DNA of 64,000 bases. Origin: Lingula anatina. Taxonomy: Eukaryota > Animalia > Brachiopoda. A model generated the notes under the pieces. The model saw only the letters and a list, made by a program, of their open reading frames with translations. It made no database searches and was not told the origin of the DNA. The DNA is taken from positions 64,830,788-64,894,787 of the forward strand of contig CM120640.1 in assembly GCA_051362555.1 (NCBI GenBank), read 5' to 3'. Made by a program: the position numbers and the translations under genes. Each line of letters begins with the position of its first letter. Positions within the stretch are counted from its first letter, which is position 1. This document shows, piece by piece, positions 25,075 to 38,000 of the stretch.

Positions 25075-28000
25075 ATGAAGATCTTGGCTTTGATGCTCGC
25101 TTTAGCTCTTACAGGTATTGCACGTTTACAGATAACAGGAAGGATTTAAATTGCAATATCAGTATCGGTCTTGTGCTTTAAGTCTTAAAGTGCTGAAATA
25201 TTTCCTTATACTTAAATACAATAACATGTATCCTTTTTATATGTAACCGATATAAGAAGTTTTTTGCATCTTAAAATTATAGTTTATGACAGTAATTCTG
25301 AAGTTTGTGACATATTTTTAGTCTAGTTGCTAATTTTATGCTTTTTACAGCCTCAGCCGCCCCAGTAGAGGAGTGCAATACCATCTGTCCTTTCATCCTC
25401 CTTCCCGTTTGCGGGAGTGACGGTGTCACCTATGGCAACGAGTGTAACCTGAATGTCAAGGCTTGTCAGTACGTATTACTCCAGAAGGTTTTTAATAACA
25501 AATCACGAGATTTTACGTACATAGATTAACATTGTATTCCATCTTTGTGTGTACATTTTACCACCTACTTGATATCGCTGCATTGATCACACGTGTTTTC
25601 CTGTAAATTCCAGATTACGTGTAAGCGGTGGCGAGAAGCTGTACAAAGTTGCTGATGGGGAATGCAAGACTGACGCAGTCCAGACCAACTCCGTCGGTAA
25701 GTCTGGGCTGATTTATGTAGATATTGATTTAGCCTTTTATGGATGATTATATGCTTTTTATAAGTTTATTGTTTTGCAGTACTCAAATTTGTTTTGCAGT
25801 ACTCAAATTTGAAACTTCTATCTTGAAATTTTTAAGATAGCAACATAATTTTAATACGATAAATATTTCAAGACGATTTTTTTTCATGAAAAAGGACTTT
25901 AAGCAACTCGTACGTTTTCTCCCGCCTTAGCCCCAGTAGAGGAGTGTAATACCATCTGTCCCTTCGTCCTCCGTCCCGTTTGTGGGAGTGACGGTGTCAC
26001 CTATAACAACGAATGTAACCTGAATGTCAAGGCTTGTCAGTACGTATTACCCCTGAAAGTTTTTAATAACAAATCACAAGATCATTTAACGTAAATAGAT
26101 AAACAATGTATTCCATCTTTGAGTGAAAATTTTACCACCTATTTTTTATTTTGATGCTGCATTGATCACACGTGTTTACCTGTAAATTCCAGATTACGTG
26201 TAAGCGGTGGCGAGAAGCTGTACAAGGTTGCTGATGGTGAATGCAAGACTGTTGCAGTCCAGACCAACTCCGTCGGTAAGTCTGAGCTGATTTATGTAGA
26301 TATTGATTTAGCCTTTTATGTGTGATTATATGCCTTTTATCAGTTTATTTATCTCTTAGTTGCTTTGCTGTACTCTAATTTGAAACTTCCCTCTTGAAAT
26401 TTAAGATAGCAACATAATTTTTATACGATAAATATTTCAAGACGATTTTTAAATGAAAAATTCACATTGGTCTTCATAATCATCTCAAGTTTTTATGAAT
26501 GTTGGCTGAAACAAGGAGTTACAACTGTTGTAACTCCTTGACTGAAGTCACTTTGAATGTTCCAACTCATGAATTGTTGTTCTTGATCAAATGTTTATAA
26601 GTCTATTGATCCGATAAAATGGGATTAAAGGTAATCGTACATTTTTCCCGCCTCAGCCCCAGTAGAGGAATGCAATACCATCTGTCCTTTCATCCTCCGT
26701 CCCGTTTGCGGGAGTGACGGTGTCACCTATGGCAACGAGTGTAACCTGAATGTCAAGGCTTGTCAGTACGTATTACCCCGGAAAGTTTTTAATAAATAAT
26801 TTACGAGATCATTGTATTGTATTCCTCTTTGTGCACACATTACATCCTTATTTTATAGCGTTCTTACAGAACTTTCAAACTTAAGACAGGCCTTCATCTG
26901 AGTTTGTACTGATTCTTCACGTTTTTTAAAATTCCAGATTACGTGTAAGCGGTGGCGAGAAGCTGTACAAGGTTGCTGATGGTGAATGCAAGACTGTCGC
27001 AGTCCAGACCAACTCCGTCGGTAATTGTGGACCGATTTATTGAGTTATCCTTTTTTTGTAGTTGATATGCATTGAATCCGATTGTGTTTTACTTTGCTGT
27101 ACTCTTATTTGAAACTAACATCTTAAAATTTGGGATAGCAATATAACTATAATGCTACACATATTTCAAGACGATTTTTCATCAAAAATTCACATTGCAT
27201 TTATCTCATGTGTTCTGTATATCGGTTGAAATTACCTTGAATATTCCAACACAGGAATTGTCTTTGATCAAATGCTTATAAGTCTATAAATTCAATAAAA
27301 AAGAAAGTTAAAATAATCGTATATTTTTTCTCCCGCCTTAGCCCCAGTAGAGGAGTGCAATACCATCTGTCCCTTCGTTCTCCTTCCCGTTTGCGGGAGT
27401 GACGGTGTCACCTATAACAACGAGTGTAACCTGAATGCCAAGGCTTGTCAGTACGTATTTCTCCGGAAAATTTTAAATTCAATTACGAGGTAATTTTACG
27501 TACAAAGATATACATCAAATTCTGTCTTTCTGTATACATTTCGCCACCTATTTTATTTGCTCATACAGAACTTTCAAACTTCAGACAGGCCTTATTTGAT
27601 GATGCAGTAATCGTACGTGTTTACCGGTAAATTCCAGATTACGTATAAGCGGTGGCGAGAAGCTGTACAAGGTTGCTGATGGTGAATGCAAGACTGTCGC
27701 AGTTCAGACCAACTCTGGCAGTCAGTGTGATCAGGTGTGTCCGACAACTTACCAACCCGTCTGTGGCTCTGCTAGCACCCCGGAGGGCGAAGTTACCTAT
27801 ACCACTTATTCCAACCAGTGCAACCTCAATTTGATGGCTTGCTTGTAAGGAATACTTTTCATTCTGAAAGTTATATGGGGTAGTTATCTTTAAGTCAATA
27901 TTCACTGAGATAGAAAAGAAGAAAATCTAGACAGTATGTACCTCGTTTTCTATGACACATTACAAAGTAGCTGATTTCAAACACTTAACTTAAAACAGAA

Positions 28001-28097
28001 ATTTACATGACGTTTTATTTCACATTTTTACAGGGTGGCCGAGGTTTCCCCTGGCACCAAGCTGAGCAAAGTATACGACGGTGAGTGCAAGCAGTAG
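25075..28097 (+). CDS. Secreted five-domain Kazal-type serine protease inhibitor, about 334 aa
   Basis: Exons 25075-25114 (signal MKILALMLALALT), 25351-25468, 25614-25696, 25931-26039, 26193-26275, 26657-26765, 26938-27020, 27342-27450, 27638-27844, 28034-28097. Four near-identical CNTICPFxLxPVCGSDGVTYxNEC...AC...GEC units plus a divergent fifth (CDQVCPTTYQPVCGS). AATAAA at 28523. Confidence 0.93.
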
Positions 28098-28675
28098 AAG
28101 AAGGCGCCCTCTTTTGACCAGTGCACCGTTCTCCTCGGACATCAGCACAGCTACTAGTAGATGCATAGCCGTTTGACTCTGACTTTCATTGATCTTCGGT
28201 CTTCGGTCACAGCGAGTGATCTATCTAAGAATTGGGATACAGTTCTCAAATATTCGCAATTACGTTGAAATCGTAAAATGTACGGGATACTTATAGCATC
28301 GTCTGACCGTACAATACAAAATCCACAGTGATTTATATTTCGAACATTTATTATCGACCTAAATTCGTTTAAAATTCATCCTGCTGGATCAAGCGATTTA
28401 AAGCAATGTTTTTGAAAGTGAGATTGATAAAAAATGAAGTCATCGAATACTTGATCAAACCTGAACTTCATGATTTAAACCGGTGTTGTTGTAATTCTTT
28501 CTAATCTACAACCATAAAGAGCAATAAATGTATTAAACTCGCTTGTAAACTTGTGCTCTATTTACATTTACTGACGGATGTGAGGTGACGGGTAGTTTGT
28601 CATGTACGTGTACGCCTGTGTATAATATTCTTAAAAAGGATTTTCCTGTTTTCTATGGACTAATGCAGAAGTACT

Positions 28676-28849
28676 CAGGCACGTAGCCAGCGATTTCAGA
28701 GGTGGGGGGGGGTCGTTTTTTGAAAAATTGGACCTTTTTTTTCACCATGAATCCTTCGTGTACGTAGATAAAAATTTACCCAGGGGGCCTTTTCCCGGCA
28801 CATAGGGCGGTTCTTTCGAACCCCCCTAACCCCCCTGGCTACGGGCCTG
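28676..28849. mobile_element. Short MITE with terminal inverted repeats
   Basis: 5' caggcacgtagccag and 3' ctggctacgggcctg, with G-run/C-run subterminal complements; no clear TSD. Confidence 0.65.
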
Positions 28850-29498
28850 AATATATCAGACACAGACCGGGAACGATCTGCAGCAGGCTACGGCCCTCTC
28901 CTAATCGATTTATCAGTGTATTGCATTGTATCGTTTTTCTCAATCTGGGAAGTGCCCTTTCAAATGTTCACGAATATTGTTTTCCCTGTGAATACATTTG
29001 CCGTAGATTTTGTCAAATCATTTAATGTGCATTTTCTGCATCTGATACTTTTCGCATTTCACTGTTAAAATTTTTGTGCGCATTCGCTTTAAAACTAAGA
29101 ATAATTTCAAACATTACTTGCTATTGAATTGGAAGTTAAACATCGCATGATAGTTGCAGGTATGTTAATTATTTATTTATAGTCATATCAAAAGAAAAGT
29201 TATAACCAGTGGATATCATAAAACATCAAAGATCATAAACAAAACTGAGAGTTTCACTGTTGAGACGGAGGTTTTTAAAATACTGAAGTCCCTGCTAATG
29301 AAATATCGTAATCTTTTACCACGTCTTTCTCTGAGCTCCCCTGGTGTTCTATTGGCATTGGCCGATAAGGCAAGATCATGACTTGACGAAATCCCTAGGT
29401 TTAATATACCATCTGTCCTTTTTCACTTGGGATTGGTAAAACTCGGGCGCATTTATTTTATCCGCCACATTCAAGTTTTGCTACTGGAGAATTTCAAT

Positions 29499-30611
29499 AT
29501 GAAAGCAGCATTTTTGCTGGTAGTCTTGGTCGGTGCAGGTAAGGCAAGTTACCTTACATTTAGTTTCGGAAACGTATTATTACGAGATATTTGACCTTAT
29601 AATTACGTCTAGAAAACAGTTACCGGGAGAACGTATGTTATCAGATGTAAAGGATTTTCAGCACGTCGTCTAGTGTTATAGCGCTGTAAAAAGCATGCGG
29701 GTGAGGGGTTGGTAATTTGAGTAAATTTACAGTGAATGGGAACGACAGGAAACGCACCTTATTTTCTTTTGCCATATTTCAGTAACATCTGCGGAGATAG
29801 AGTGTCCCATGTTCTGCCCATTTAACTGGGCCCCGGTGTGCGGTAGCGATGGAAAAACATATGGAAATGACTGCTCTTTGACTGTGGCGGCATGCCAGTA
29901 CGTGATAAATATACACTTACAATTTTATTAGAACGACTGACAATTTTTTGTTATATAAACATATCGTTTTCATCAAATCCCTCAATATACAGGTTTAACG
30001 CAAACACCAATTCACTTGCGTGGAGAACAATATTCGGAATTCCATCCAAGGGTTTTGACTCTATTGCCATAAACTTTAACATTTGATTCCCAACTCTTAT
30101 TATAGGGCGGGCAAAATCGGAGTTAAGATTACCAAACTTGCCGATGGCGAGTGCAAGGTGGTCGTGCAAGAGACAACCCAGCCCCCCACCAAGGTCCCCG
30201 AAACGTGCATGATCATGTGCACAATGCAGTATGACCCGGTGTGCGGTACTGACGGGAGAACCTACGGGAACGCTTGTTCACTGAAGTCTGCAGCCTGCTT
30301 GTAAGTATTCAAGTGCACTTTTTTAATCAGCACGATTCGGTCGATTTCTACAGCTCTGAAAATGCCGTGTAACCACTTTACAGCAACATTCCTGTAAAAG
30401 CACCGAGCCGTTATATTCTTTACCTTACCAATATAATTGTTGATGTTCAACATGTTACTTTACTCCTGCTTTCATCTTAAAAAAGGGTGAATAACAGACA
30501 CTGATCGACTTGATACAATTTTCTCTTTTGCCTTATTATTTCAGCCGGGCCCAGGAAGGTGAGAAACTCAGCATGGCTTACGCAGGCGCATGTAAACCTA
30601 TCAGGAAGTAA
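29499..30611 (+). CDS. Secreted two-domain Kazal-type serine protease inhibitor, about 138 aa
   Basis: Exons 29499-29538 ([13 protein letters not shown]), 29783-29897 ([24 protein letters not shown]), 30106-30300 ([24 protein letters not shown]), 30545-30611; same 40-nt signal exon and intra-domain phase-2 introns as Kazal gene 1. Confidence 0.92.
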
Positions 30612-32078
30612 AATGTAACAAATCAAACAACCGCTGTATGTAAATGATTTCGAAATATATATATAAAAAAAGACTTTTGAACTCCCATGGGTATTTTGTT
30701 CCTATTGCACACACGGACTTTTAAAATTAACAGTGGTGATAAAGCCCCGGGTTCTGCATTCAAAATAGTCAACATACAAAGGCCCATTTCCACCAGAATC
30801 ATTGTATTGGCTTAAGTGTATTTTACTTTTTTTATCCGTTGATGACATCGATAGGGCTTTTCAAATTATGACATCTTTAAGCGTGGACATTAAAACTGGG
30901 TAAAAAAATCTAAAAATGAACGCAACTTTAAGCACTAAATTACCAAACAATGATAAGCCCGGTAAGAGGTCACATATATGACGCCTATTTGCAGGAACTT
31001 AAGACAATGAATACACCTATACACAGAGGATATTTTCCTGGTCGATTATTTGGTTTTAAGATTTTGGGATGTTTGGTGAAAAGACTGGAAATTGAAATCT
31101 CAAGAACCAACTGATCTCAGTGGATACAAAAGTAATAGTTCAAAAATTGAACAAGCCAAAACAATGGGCACATTCCCTCCTTATATTTCTACTTCTGCAT
31201 CCTCTCCATGGAAGCAACAATTTCATTTGTTTAACAAAGCACATAACAGACTTTTGAGGTTTTGTAACAAAACCCCACGCAGTGCCTCCTTAATAGCAAT
31301 ATTGAGAAATATACATGTATTGTAGGTGCTACTCACATAATGGGTTTCTTTTCTTATCAAAGATATTGATAAAAACATGAACTCATTTTAAAAATAACGA
31401 AAAATAGCAAGGTATTTGGAGTAAAATATTTTTGTTATAATCATTTTCACATACTTTACCCATATATACATACGTAAATATCAAAATTCATACACCCATA
31501 CCACAACAGCAGATTTTTATCTATAGCACCTTCAAAACAACACAACCATGAAGGTGCCCATCAATCCAATTTAATGTCATGTCATTTTGTCTGGAAAATA
31601 TACTTTGGTTTATGCGTGCGTTTTTGGCATCCTGCCAATATTCGCAAGTGTTCTTATGTTCTTGCTTGTTCAGTGTTCACAGCACCATGACAGTGTTCAT
31701 GGCGTCATGTCAGCATTCATGTTTGTTCAGTGTGCATGGCATCATGTCAGCGTTTATGACAGACACCAGTATCAACCAGTCATGTACCAATGAAAGCTTT
31801 TCTTACTGCTTAAAATGCTCTTCAATAAAATCTTCCAAAATTCTTATTTCATGGCTTTTTATTTGGAGTATCTTAGCTTCCCAACACCCTGTCATGCACT
31901 CAGTGAGTTCATGTCTATATTTTGTATAGTAATCCTTTTTTACAGTTTCCCAGCACTGGAGTCATTGCTTTGGACAAAATAAATAAGATTTTTTAATAAA
32001 TATTATAAATCATGCTCCTAATGCCACGTTTGAAGAAGTTGTAAGAAATGTCCATCCTGTCTTCACTTGTCCCAAAAT

Positions 32079-35000
32079 CTAATGAAATGCATAAATCAGT
32101 AACAGTACTACACAGATGCCTATCACAAATCCTAAAATAATAGCGTCCCTCCTTTTCCTCAAGTTCACCTTCTGTATTAAGCTATTTATCACAGGAAAAC
32201 GATCTGGACCTATGTTAAGGATTTTTTTCATTATAAAAAGTTAGTTATGAATCATTATCATGAAAATAAAAAAGTGCAAAATAAACATTTAAATGTTGTA
32301 CATACCCCACTTCATGATGTACTCTCACTTCCCATCCATTACATACACACTCAAAAATAAAAATATAAAAAACCAACTAAGGTTACAAAGGGAAAATGTC
32401 CTATTACTCAAGCAGAAAATGTACTCTTACATGTACTCTTTTAAATGCTAGTACTGCAGTGGCATAGACAGTCAAAGGATACTCCCCATATTTGAAAGTT
32501 TTTGTGTTATTGAGTTGAAGGTCCCTCTCTGTCCTTGGAGGTTTTCTTTTGTTGCCATGGCAATGCTGGAAAAAAACAAAAAACAAAACTTAATAACAAT
32601 CAGTGATTTGAGTCAAGATCTAGGTCAAACAGAGACAACAAAACCAGAGCCATATCAATAAAATGTTAAATAGTCCGGTGGCTTAAGGAAAAAATCGTGA
32701 CACGGCGGATAAAAGCACCAAATTTTGCATGTGGGTACCTTTTGACATTCTAAATCAAATTAGAGCCGTAGCCCACGGAAAAAATTTACCGTTTGGCCAA
32801 AAAATCCAAAATGGCCGCCAATTTATTGAATTCTTTAGAAATATGTTCATACCTATGTTGATTTTTATCAAATAAATTATTTTCTCAGAGTTTTCCACAC
32901 CCTTATTACCCATTTTATTCATATATGTCAGATAGCAAACAAGTTCCCTTGGACTTTTTGAAAAAATCCAAGATGGCTGTCATTTGCCATAGAAACAGCC
33001 ATAGGAATACTAGTGCACAACTATTACCAGCTAGAACGATACGTTGTCCACTATCAAATTAAGTCTGTTTCTCAGATCTTTGTTACCCACATAATATGTT
33101 TGTGGTGAGTAACTACGAAGTGTTCTTGGGCATTTTGGAAAATCCAAGATGGCTGCCATGTGCCACAGGAATTCTAGTATACGGGGAATTCAACTAATGG
33201 CAACTGGAAAGATTAGTTTTTCACTATCAAATTAAGCTGGTTTCTGAGTGTTTTCCACATCCTTTCTACCCAAACAATATGTATGTGGTTAGTAACTAAC
33301 AGTATTCTTGGGCATTTTGAGAAAATCCAAGATGGCCGTCATATGTAATAGGAATACTTCTAGTATTACAAAGGGTTGGAACTAATGCCAGCTAATTCAC
33401 TATCAAATTCAGTTTATTTTTTTAGTGTTTTACACATTATTATTACACTGTGATACATATCTAGCAGGTAATAAATGTGCATATTTGATCATTTTGAGAA
33501 AACCCAAGATGGCCGTCACTGGCCATAGGAATACTACTGGAATTACAACCGCACATCCATGGCTTTTCATCTACTACCAGGGTGAATTTGTTTTTGCTTA
33601 TCAAGTTTTGCCCATCCTTATTAGTCCTATGATATATATCTGGTGGGTAAATACTGTGTATCCTTGGATCTGAGAAAAAGATACCTACAATTTAACATAG
33701 GAATACTAATGGGTGGGTTTCAATTGCTGCTAGAGAGGCATATGGTTCATTATACAATTACATTTCCATGGGTTTGTTTTAAAAATAATTTATGGTTTTC
33801 ATTCCATTTATTATTACCCCTATGATGTATACCTGGTCTGTAGCATGTGTGTATCTTTGGGTATTCTGAAAAAATTCAAGATGTCTGCCTTTTGTCATTA
33901 GAATATTCGAACACATAATCAAATAATGCTAGAGATACACCGAGTACGATTTAAATGTAGTTAACTTTGGGTCGTTTTTAAATGTTTTTCATATCCTATG
34001 AAAGACTATGTGTGTTTTGAAAGTGTATATATCCTTGAGTATTATTCGGAGAAAACCCAAGATAGCTGCCAGTTGTCATAGGAATATATCATTCAAATGC
34101 ACATAGGTGTCAATTAATAGAACAGTTCAAATAAAGCCGTTTGATGTTTAAACATGTTGACATCCTTATTAACCTTACTCTTTATAAATCTGGTGTGTAG
34201 CAAGTGTGCATCTTGCATATTTGAGAAAATTCAAGATTGCTGCAATTCACAATAGGAATAGTACAGTCAACTACTGCCAGAGAAACATTGGGTTCAATAT
34301 AAAATGAATTTTGTTTCTCGGTATTTCCCACATTCTTTTTGGACTTTTAGATATCTATCTGGTGGGTAACAAGTGTATACCCTTAAGTATTTTGAAAAAA
34401 TATCATGATTACCCTCATTTGCCTTAGAAGTGCCTATAAAATCTAATGCACCAGTTTTCCTATGAGGAAAAGAAGGCCATCTTGGATTTCCCCAAAATGA
34501 TAAAATATGGACATTAATTACCTAACAGATATGTGTCATGGGATAATAATACTAAAAAAAAAAAAGAATAACAACTGAATTCAGCTTCATTTTATTTGTA
34601 AGCCTATCTCTCACAGGTATTAACTGAACCCCACCTTCTACGGCTAATGGCAGCCATTTTGTTTTGTTTTGTTTTCAAAAAGGATACACATAACATTCTC
34701 ATCACATATGTATTACGTTAATTAAAAAGATGTGGAAAATACTCAGAAACAAACCTAATTTATCAATTAATATTATATCTCCATGGCAGAAGAAGCCCTA
34801 TGTGTATACTAGTATTCCTTTGATATGGGGGCCATCTTGGATTTTTCTCGAATTGCCTGTGAATAAAGGTTAGTTACTCCCCACAAATATATTATTTGTG
34901 TAATAAGAAACAAAATTAATTAGATAGTGGGCAATGCATCTTCCTAGTTGGCATTATTTAGTTGAAAACCCTTGTACATGTTCTAGTATTCCTATGCCAT

Positions 35001-38000
35001 ACGGCGGCCATCTTGGATTTTTCAATAAGTCCAAGGACACTAGTTTGTTATCTGACACATATGCATAATATGGGTAATAAGGATGTGGAAAACATTGAGA
35101 AAATACTTAATTTGATAAAAATCAACATAGATATGTATATATTTCTACAAAATTTCACAAATTGGCGGCCATTTTGGATTTTTTGGCCAAACGGTAAATT
35201 TTTTCCGTGGGCTACGGCTCTAATTTGATTTAGTATGTCAAAAGGTACCCACATGCAAAATTTGGTGCTTTTATCCGCTGTGTCATTTTTTTGCCCTAAG
35301 CAACCGGACTAAAAAGATTATGTTACTCGCTGAAACTTTCATGGGCATTTTATTTTTATCAGTGCTTTCCTTAGCTTTTTTATAGTATTTTTATCATAAA
35401 GGAATATAGACTAATAGACTATAGACTAATATAAAATTGGTTCAAGTAGTTCGGTCTATCACATCCAACAATTGCAAGTAGCCCCTCACTCCAAGTAACC
35501 TTTTTTAACTGAATTGTCAGATGGATGTGTGATAGGAACCCATCAGATCTATGTCACATCATCTGGAAGGCACCCTCTTACCTGATCTGCTCATCTAAAA
35601 GTCTGTCAGAGCTAAAATAAAAGAAAATAAAAATAAATTAACATTAACTTCAAGCACTTAAAGATTACAAGAGAGAGAGAGGGAAGAAATGGATGCTGTG
35701 TTTAGGCAGGCGAATGCCAGTGCTAGCCAGAGATGCCACGTTAAATAGATATACATAGCTCTGAAGCTACCTATATATGTAACTGATGTGTCAAGCCCCA
35801 GGAGAGTGGTCCTTGAACCCCCTAGCACCTCTGGAGCATTGCAGCTCAATAATGTAATCATACAGTGCACAAAATCAATGCAGCTGCTGAAGTGTGAGTT
35901 TTAAAAAATATAAAGATTTTCACTGGATATGCCATTCATTGTCATGTGTTAAACATTACCAATCAAATCGACGTCAACTCTTTCCTCATCTGCTGTGACA
36001 ATATAAAGTCACTTAATCTTTAGCACTTCTGATAACTGCCACTTTTCTGTGTATCATACTTACTTTCTTATGTGCTCATTTTCTTTCAAGTATAGATCTG
36101 TTCTCCTCTGGGTGGCATTCTTGTAAGCACTGCAAATATTCAATGGCACCTTTTACCATATGTGCCATTGTTGACAAAGCAGCAAAGTAGAAAATAATTA
36201 CATTTTTTAAAACAATTTTCCATGTGTGGAAGAAAAGGGTTGGTATCCTCCAAAGCACAGATGCCACACAATTGCATCTTAGTTCTTCTATAAAAGACTA
36301 GTAAAAATTCAGTTTGTGACACATTTTGTCCATTTCATCTTTAAATCAAATAACAAAACTGAAAAACAAAGCTTCCCCTCTTAAGCTCATAAAAAAAAAA
36401 GAAACAAAAACCAAATACATATGACATCAAAGATGAAGGTTCCCTTATCATCCTGTCTCCCATAAAAGCCACACATAACAAAGAAACACCAGTTACTCAA
36501 TATCTCGCCTGACTGAGCCGAGCAGGTCCTCTCTCTCAGCACACGCCGTGATGTTGGCCTTTGTCTTTTGGAACTCATGAGAGTAATCCTGGAGAATATC
36601 TCGGTGTCTCTGGAGTGTGTGGAGCAAGGCAGAGTTGTGAGAGTTCACACTGATGTTCTGAGTGTATTCTGCCATCTGGTCATTCACTTGGGTCAACTGA
36701 AATGGTAAAATTCCAGTTTTTACATGTACATGCAATGAAGAATCAACTTTGAAAATTCACTGTGAACCGCTTCTGTGGTATCAAAGCTTATTTGGCCTAT
36801 GTTAAGATTTTAAATTTAAGAAAACTTTAATGTCAATATACATAATAATCATGTGTTAATTATGGTACTCAATTTCATCCAATGACTTGTTAAGTAAGTA
36901 TCAACATTTTTATTCATTAACATTGCAAAAACATCCATGCCAGGAAGTTATCCCCCTTACCCTTGCCAGTAATTGCTCTATTTCCATGGCCATGGTTTCA
37001 AACATGTGCTCACTGTTGGCTTTGTTAAGGAGAGGTGCAGTGTCACTAAAAACAGTAAAACAAACAATGATATAAGACTGAACAACTCCTCTTGGGGTTC
37101 AACTATGAATTGGTGCCTTAAAAAGAACTAGAGGATCAGAGAGGCGATACCGCCTCCGAATATTGTACCACCAGCTGGAGCAAGCACATTCGTATAGACC
37201 CCCACATACACAAAAAAAGGAAGACAGCCACTAGTCTTGTGCTTGACAAGCTGTAAAAATGCAATCGAAGAGAATTTTCAAAATATGCAAAAAATATATA
37301 TATAACTAAAAAAATGGTACAATCAAAGTTAAGTTCATCATAAGGTAGGTCAAAGGTCAATTCCAAGGTCACAGTAAATTGCCAGACTTCCTATTCAACT
37401 TCAATAGTAACTATGGGCCTATCTCTGCCAGGTTTGGAGTTAAAAGAGAAAGAAATTAGCAGAGTTCAGTTCATGATAATAAGTAGGTCAAAGGTCAATT
37501 TCAAGGTCACACTTAGATTGCCAGTATATAACTTCCTATTCAAGTTCAATAGTAACTATGAACCTATCTCTGTCAGTTTTGGAGATAAAGGGGAAGCAAA
37601 ATATGCAAAGTTCAGTTCATGGTGAAAAGTAGATCAAAGGTCAATTTTAAGGTCACATGTAGATTGCCAGTATATGACTTCCTATTCAACTTCAATAGAG
37701 ACTATGGACCTATCTCTGCCAGTTTTGGAGATAAAAGGGAAGCAAAATTTGCAAAGTTCAGTTCATGGTGAAAAGTAGGTCAAAGGTCAATTTCAAGGTC
37801 ACACTCAGATTGCCAGTATATAACTTCCTATTCAAGTTCAATAGTAACTATGAACCTATCTCTGTCAGTTTTGGAGATAAAGGGGAAGCAAAATATGCAA
37901 AGTTCAGTTCATGGTGAAAAGTAGGTCAAAGGTCAATTTTAAGGTCACATGTAGATTGCCAGTATATGACTTCCTATTCAACTTCAATAGTAACTATGGA

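Noticed and set aside
31579-31929. 116-aa ORF with repeated MASCQHSCLFSVH-like motif
   Set aside because: Arises from a degenerate minisatellite antisense to the probable GOSR1 3' UTR; no splice or homology support.
35515-35570. C/D box snoRNA candidate
   Set aside because: Imperfect C box, C-to-D span of only about 50 nt, and too close to the donor site; kept only as a hairpin.
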